Below, in pieces: positions 37,810 through 40,466 of a DNA stretch of 40,466 bases. Both the position numbers and the translations under genes were made by a program. Under the pieces are notes generated by a model, which did not search any database, was not told the origin of the DNA, and saw only the letters and a program-made list of their open reading frames with translations. The number at the start of each line of letters is the position of its first letter. The first letter of the stretch is position 1. Source of the DNA: Betaproteobacteria bacterium RIFCSPLOWO2_02_FULL_68_150 (GTDB taxonomy: Bacteria > Pseudomonadota > Gammaproteobacteria > Burkholderiales > SG8-39); the NCBI GenBank assembly GCA_001771975.1, contig MERE01000101.1, positions 1 to 40,466 of the forward strand, written 5' to 3'.

Positions 37810-39199
37810 CGCCGGGCAATGTCGCTGATTCGCCCAGGTCCCACATCAATCCCGCCATCAGGCGCAGCGCATCGCGTGCCACAGGCGCCAGGAGGTGCTC
37901 GTTGGGGGCGTGCTGGCTGCACGACGCGTAGGAATGCGGGATCCAGACCGTCGGCAGGCCGAGCAGGTCGGCGAAGATGTCGTTCGGCAGCGAACCGCCG
38001 AGGTTGGGCAGGATCGCCGGCCGAATGCCGGACGTACGCTGCAGCGACTGCGCCGTCCAGCGCACCCAGGGATGTTCCGGATCCAGCCGGGTCGCTGCAA
38101 AGTAGCCGTCGCGCGCCGGCGTCACCTTGACCGCGCCATGACCGTGCCGTTCCAGGTGGCGGCGCAATGCCGGAACGATGTCCGCGGGGTCGATGCCCAC
38201 GACGTAGCGCAATTGCACGTGCGCGCTCGCGCGCGGCGGAATCGCATTGACCGGGAAATCCGGGTTGCCGCAGGTAAAGGCAAGCACTTCGAAACTCGAC
38301 CAGCCGAAAACGCGCTCGGCGGGCGACAGCCCCGGTTCGCCCCAGTCGGTGTCGATTGCAGGTCCGTCCGCACCCCCGTCCACTGCGCAATCGGCGAGTG
38401 CGGCGAGCACCGACGCGGTAAGCGATTGCGGGCGCCATTCCGGCACCTTGATCTCGCCCTTGGGGCCGGTGATCGCAGCCAGCGCCTGCGCGAGGATGAT
38501 CCCCGGATTGGCGAGCAGCCCGCCCCAATTGCCGGAATGGTGGCCGCCGGCGCGCAGGTCGATCGAGAGATCCATGTTCATCGCGCCGCGCGTGCCGAGA
38601 AAAATCGTCGGCCGGCCGGGGGCGAGGCGCGGTCCGTCGGAAGCGATCAGCACATCCGCCCGCAGGGCCTCACGGCGTTGCGCGCAGACTTCGCGCAGGC
38701 CCGGCGAGCCGATTTCCTCGCCCGTCTCGATGAGCAGCTTGAGGTTGAAACCGAGTTTGCCGCGCGTCTCCAGCACCGCCGCGAGCGCGGCCAGGTTGAT
38801 CGTATGCTGGCCCTTGTTGTCTGCGGTGCCGCGGCCGTAGAGGCGGTCGCCCTCGCGCGTCAGCGTCCAGGGGTCGAGCCCCGCGCGCCACAGGGCCTCC
38901 TGGCCGCGGATCACGTCGCCGTGGCCATAGGAGAACACCGTAACCGTTGACGGATCTTCGATACGCTCGGCGAGCAGGAACGGTCCCCCTGCCACTACGG
39001 GGTTCTCCAGAACCCGGCAGCGAAACCCCAGGCTTTCGAGGCTCGGCTGCATTTCCGCGGCGAGATAGCGCCTCAGATCCTCCCTGCGCCCAGGGTTCTG
39101 GCTTTCGGTCGGAATCGCGACCCGGCGCGCAAGGTCGGCGAAGAACTCGCCCTGGTCGAAATGGCGCTCGGCGCGCTGGATGGCCTGTTCCCTGCTCAC
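37805..39199 (-). CDS. M20 family metallopeptidase
   Basis: YGHGDV, GRGTADNKG, GEEIGS, SDGP, HSGNWGG, QHAPNE. Confidence 0.94.
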   Translation of the reverse strand: MSREQAIQRAERHFDQGEFFADLARRVAIPTESQNPGRREDLRRYLAAEMQPSLESLGFRCRVLENPVVAGGPFLLAERIEDPSTVTVFSYGHGDVIRGQEALWRAGLDPWTLTREGDRLYGRGTADNKGQHTINLAALAAVLETRGKLGFNLKLLIETGEEIGSPGLREVCAQRREALRADVLIASDGPRLAPGRPTIFLGTRGAMNMDLSIDLRAGGHHSGNWGGLLANPGIILAQALAAITGPKGEIKVPEWRPQSLTASVLAALADCAVDGGADGPAIDTDWGEPGLSPAERVFGWSSFEVLAFTCGNPDFPVNAIPPRASAHVQLRYVVGIDPADIVPALRRHLERHGHGAVKVTPARDGYFAATRLDPEHPWVRWTAQSLQRTSGIRPAILPNLGGSLPNDIFADLLGLPTVWIPHSYASCSQHAPNEHLLAPVARDALRLMAGLMWDLGESATLPGA

Positions 39200-39440
39200 G
39201 CAGGGATGGTACGACTCCCCGGGGTCCCGGGCGAGCGCAGCGCGGGAAGCTTGCGAAACTGCTCGGGCAACTCGACCCAGCCGGCAAACAGAACCTCCGG
39301 GCCGTAGCCGCCCGGCGGGGCCGCGCGGCGCGCCCGGAAGCGCGCGAAGATTCTGCCGAGAAGTCGCATGGTGCGGGTCGCAGTTTAGGCAGCGGTCATT
39401 ACACTGCCATGAACGGTCTAACGTCTGTGGCGGGAAAAGG

Positions 39441-39807
39441 TTGAACGCGACTGCAAATTTTCATTTACACGGCGAACTCGTGGCGCTGCTGCAGCGCGAG
39501 CGGCGCGGTGGGATTTTTGCCTGCACCTGCGCGCGCGCTGCCAGCCTGAAGAACGCCATCGAGACGCTGGGCGTGCCGCATACCGAGGTCGGCCGGCTGC
39601 TGGTGAACGGCGCGCCCGCGACCCTCGCGCGCACGGTGCGCGAGGGCGATGCGATCGAGGTCTTCCCGTGGCGCCGGGATGCGGGGGCGCACGAGAATGC
39701 GCTTTCCGACGCGAACATCCGGCGGGCGACGCACGCACTACCAGCGGATGCAGGCGGTGCTGCAGGGACTGCTGCCGGACGCCCCTTCAGCCGACTTGCC
39801 TGGCTAG
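39441..39807 (+). pseudogene. Mut7-C ubiquitin/RNase domain gene with internal deletion and frameshift
   Basis: Intact Ub-Mut7C part (SLKNAIETLGVPHTEVGRLLVNG...GDAIEVFP); the +1 frame carries the family's C-terminal-like THYQRMQAVLQGLL; the PIN core and Zn ribbon are missing. Confidence 0.72.
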
Positions 39808-40466
39808 GCCCTCACATAGGCCCAGCCGCCCTGAAGACGCTTGACCACCTGGTCGAGCGCCGAAGGCGCGACCTCGACACCTGGCAGCAGCCGTACTACG
39901 ACGCCCTTCTCGCGCAGCCGGTCGATGCTCTGGTTGCACGCCACGAGGGTCACGCCGGGGTACGCGGCGCGTAGCGCAGCCAGCCGCTCCGGAAACGGGG
40001 CAACGTCGGAGCGCAGCATGTCGAGCCCGCTGCTGTTGGCGACGACCTCCACGCGCAGCCAGCGTCCATCCCGGCTCGCCGCGCGCAGCACATCCTCGAT
40101 CTCGTCCAGCGCCGTGCCAATCGTCTCGCGGCGCGAGGTACTGACGTGAACCAGAATGCGGTCGCCCACGACCTCACGCAGCGTCGCACCGGCCGTGAGC
40201 GCGCGCTCCAGCTCGATCGCCTCGGGGCCCCATGCCGAACGGCCCAGCCAGCCGGTCGCCACGCTCAAAAGGCAAACTGCCGCGATGGCGGCCCAGCGTG
40301 TTCCCCGCAAGGGTGCCCGGGGCGCGACCGCTGGCTGCGCGTATGCGTTCTGCACAAGGTCCTTCACCGCGCGGATGCCGCAAACCTGCGCGCGAAGACC
40401 CTCATCCTGCTGCAACCGCGCCGCGACACGGGCCCATTCGGCCTGGTCGAGCTCGCCGTCGACGAA
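39804..40466 (-). CDS. Anti-sigma-like N-terminus + TM + DsrE/F-like domain protein; 5' end off the window
   Basis: FVDGELDQAE, one TM helix, VEVVANSSGLDML, VACNQSI, QGGWAYVR. Confidence 0.8.
   Translation of the reverse strand, partial: FVDGELDQAEWARVAARLQQDEGLRAQVCGIRAVKDLVQNAYAQPAVAPRAPLRGTRWAAIAAVCLLSVATGWLGRSAWGPEAIELERALTAGATLREVVGDRILVHVSTSRRETIGTALDEIEDVLRAASRDGRWLRVEVVANSSGLDMLRSDVAPFPERLAALRAAYPGVTLVACNQSIDRLREKGVVVRLLPGVEVAPSALDQVVKRLQGGWAYVRA

Noticed and set aside
39212-39440. 229-bp spacer as an RNA element or small gene (GKLAKLLGQLDPAGK...)
   Set aside because: I found no credible start/SD, terminator or recognisable RNA motif, so nothing can be supported by eye.

Overview
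A 40.5-kb GC-rich chromosomal window that looks betaproteobacterial (inferred from gene families). It contains about 40 densely packed CDSs, and I saw no rRNA, tRNA, CRISPR array, integrase or transposase. From left to right: a minus-strand catabolic operon (alpha/beta hydrolase, MFS, hydantoinase/oxoprolinase A+B, phenylacetate-CoA-ligase-like), DMT transporter, AttH-like lipocalin plus FtsX-type permease, adenylate cyclase, orphan ABC binding protein, Zn-type oxidoreductase, glnS, cspA, GST, enoyl-CoA hydratase, acyl-CoA ligase, arfB, TAXI, DUF3300, two SDRs, LOG, stomatin/NfeD, LuxR regulator, acyltransferase, ettA, Spy/CpxP-OmpR-HK, M20 peptidase, a broken Mut7-C gene and an anti-sigma/DsrE-like gene. 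The most unusual element is a duplicated cassette of uncharacterised small basic proteins (17376-17941 and 21911-23125). Each copy sits right behind a homologous intrinsic terminator + RBS block. Copy 1 follows cspA; copy 2 follows a strong sigma70 promoter and a ~90-nt non-coding leader, and converges on an arfB/zinc-finger microprotein operon. Other notable patterns are many apparently leaderless genes (TAnnnT-N6/7-start) and several deletion scars. All product calls come from motif recognition by eye; no database search was run.
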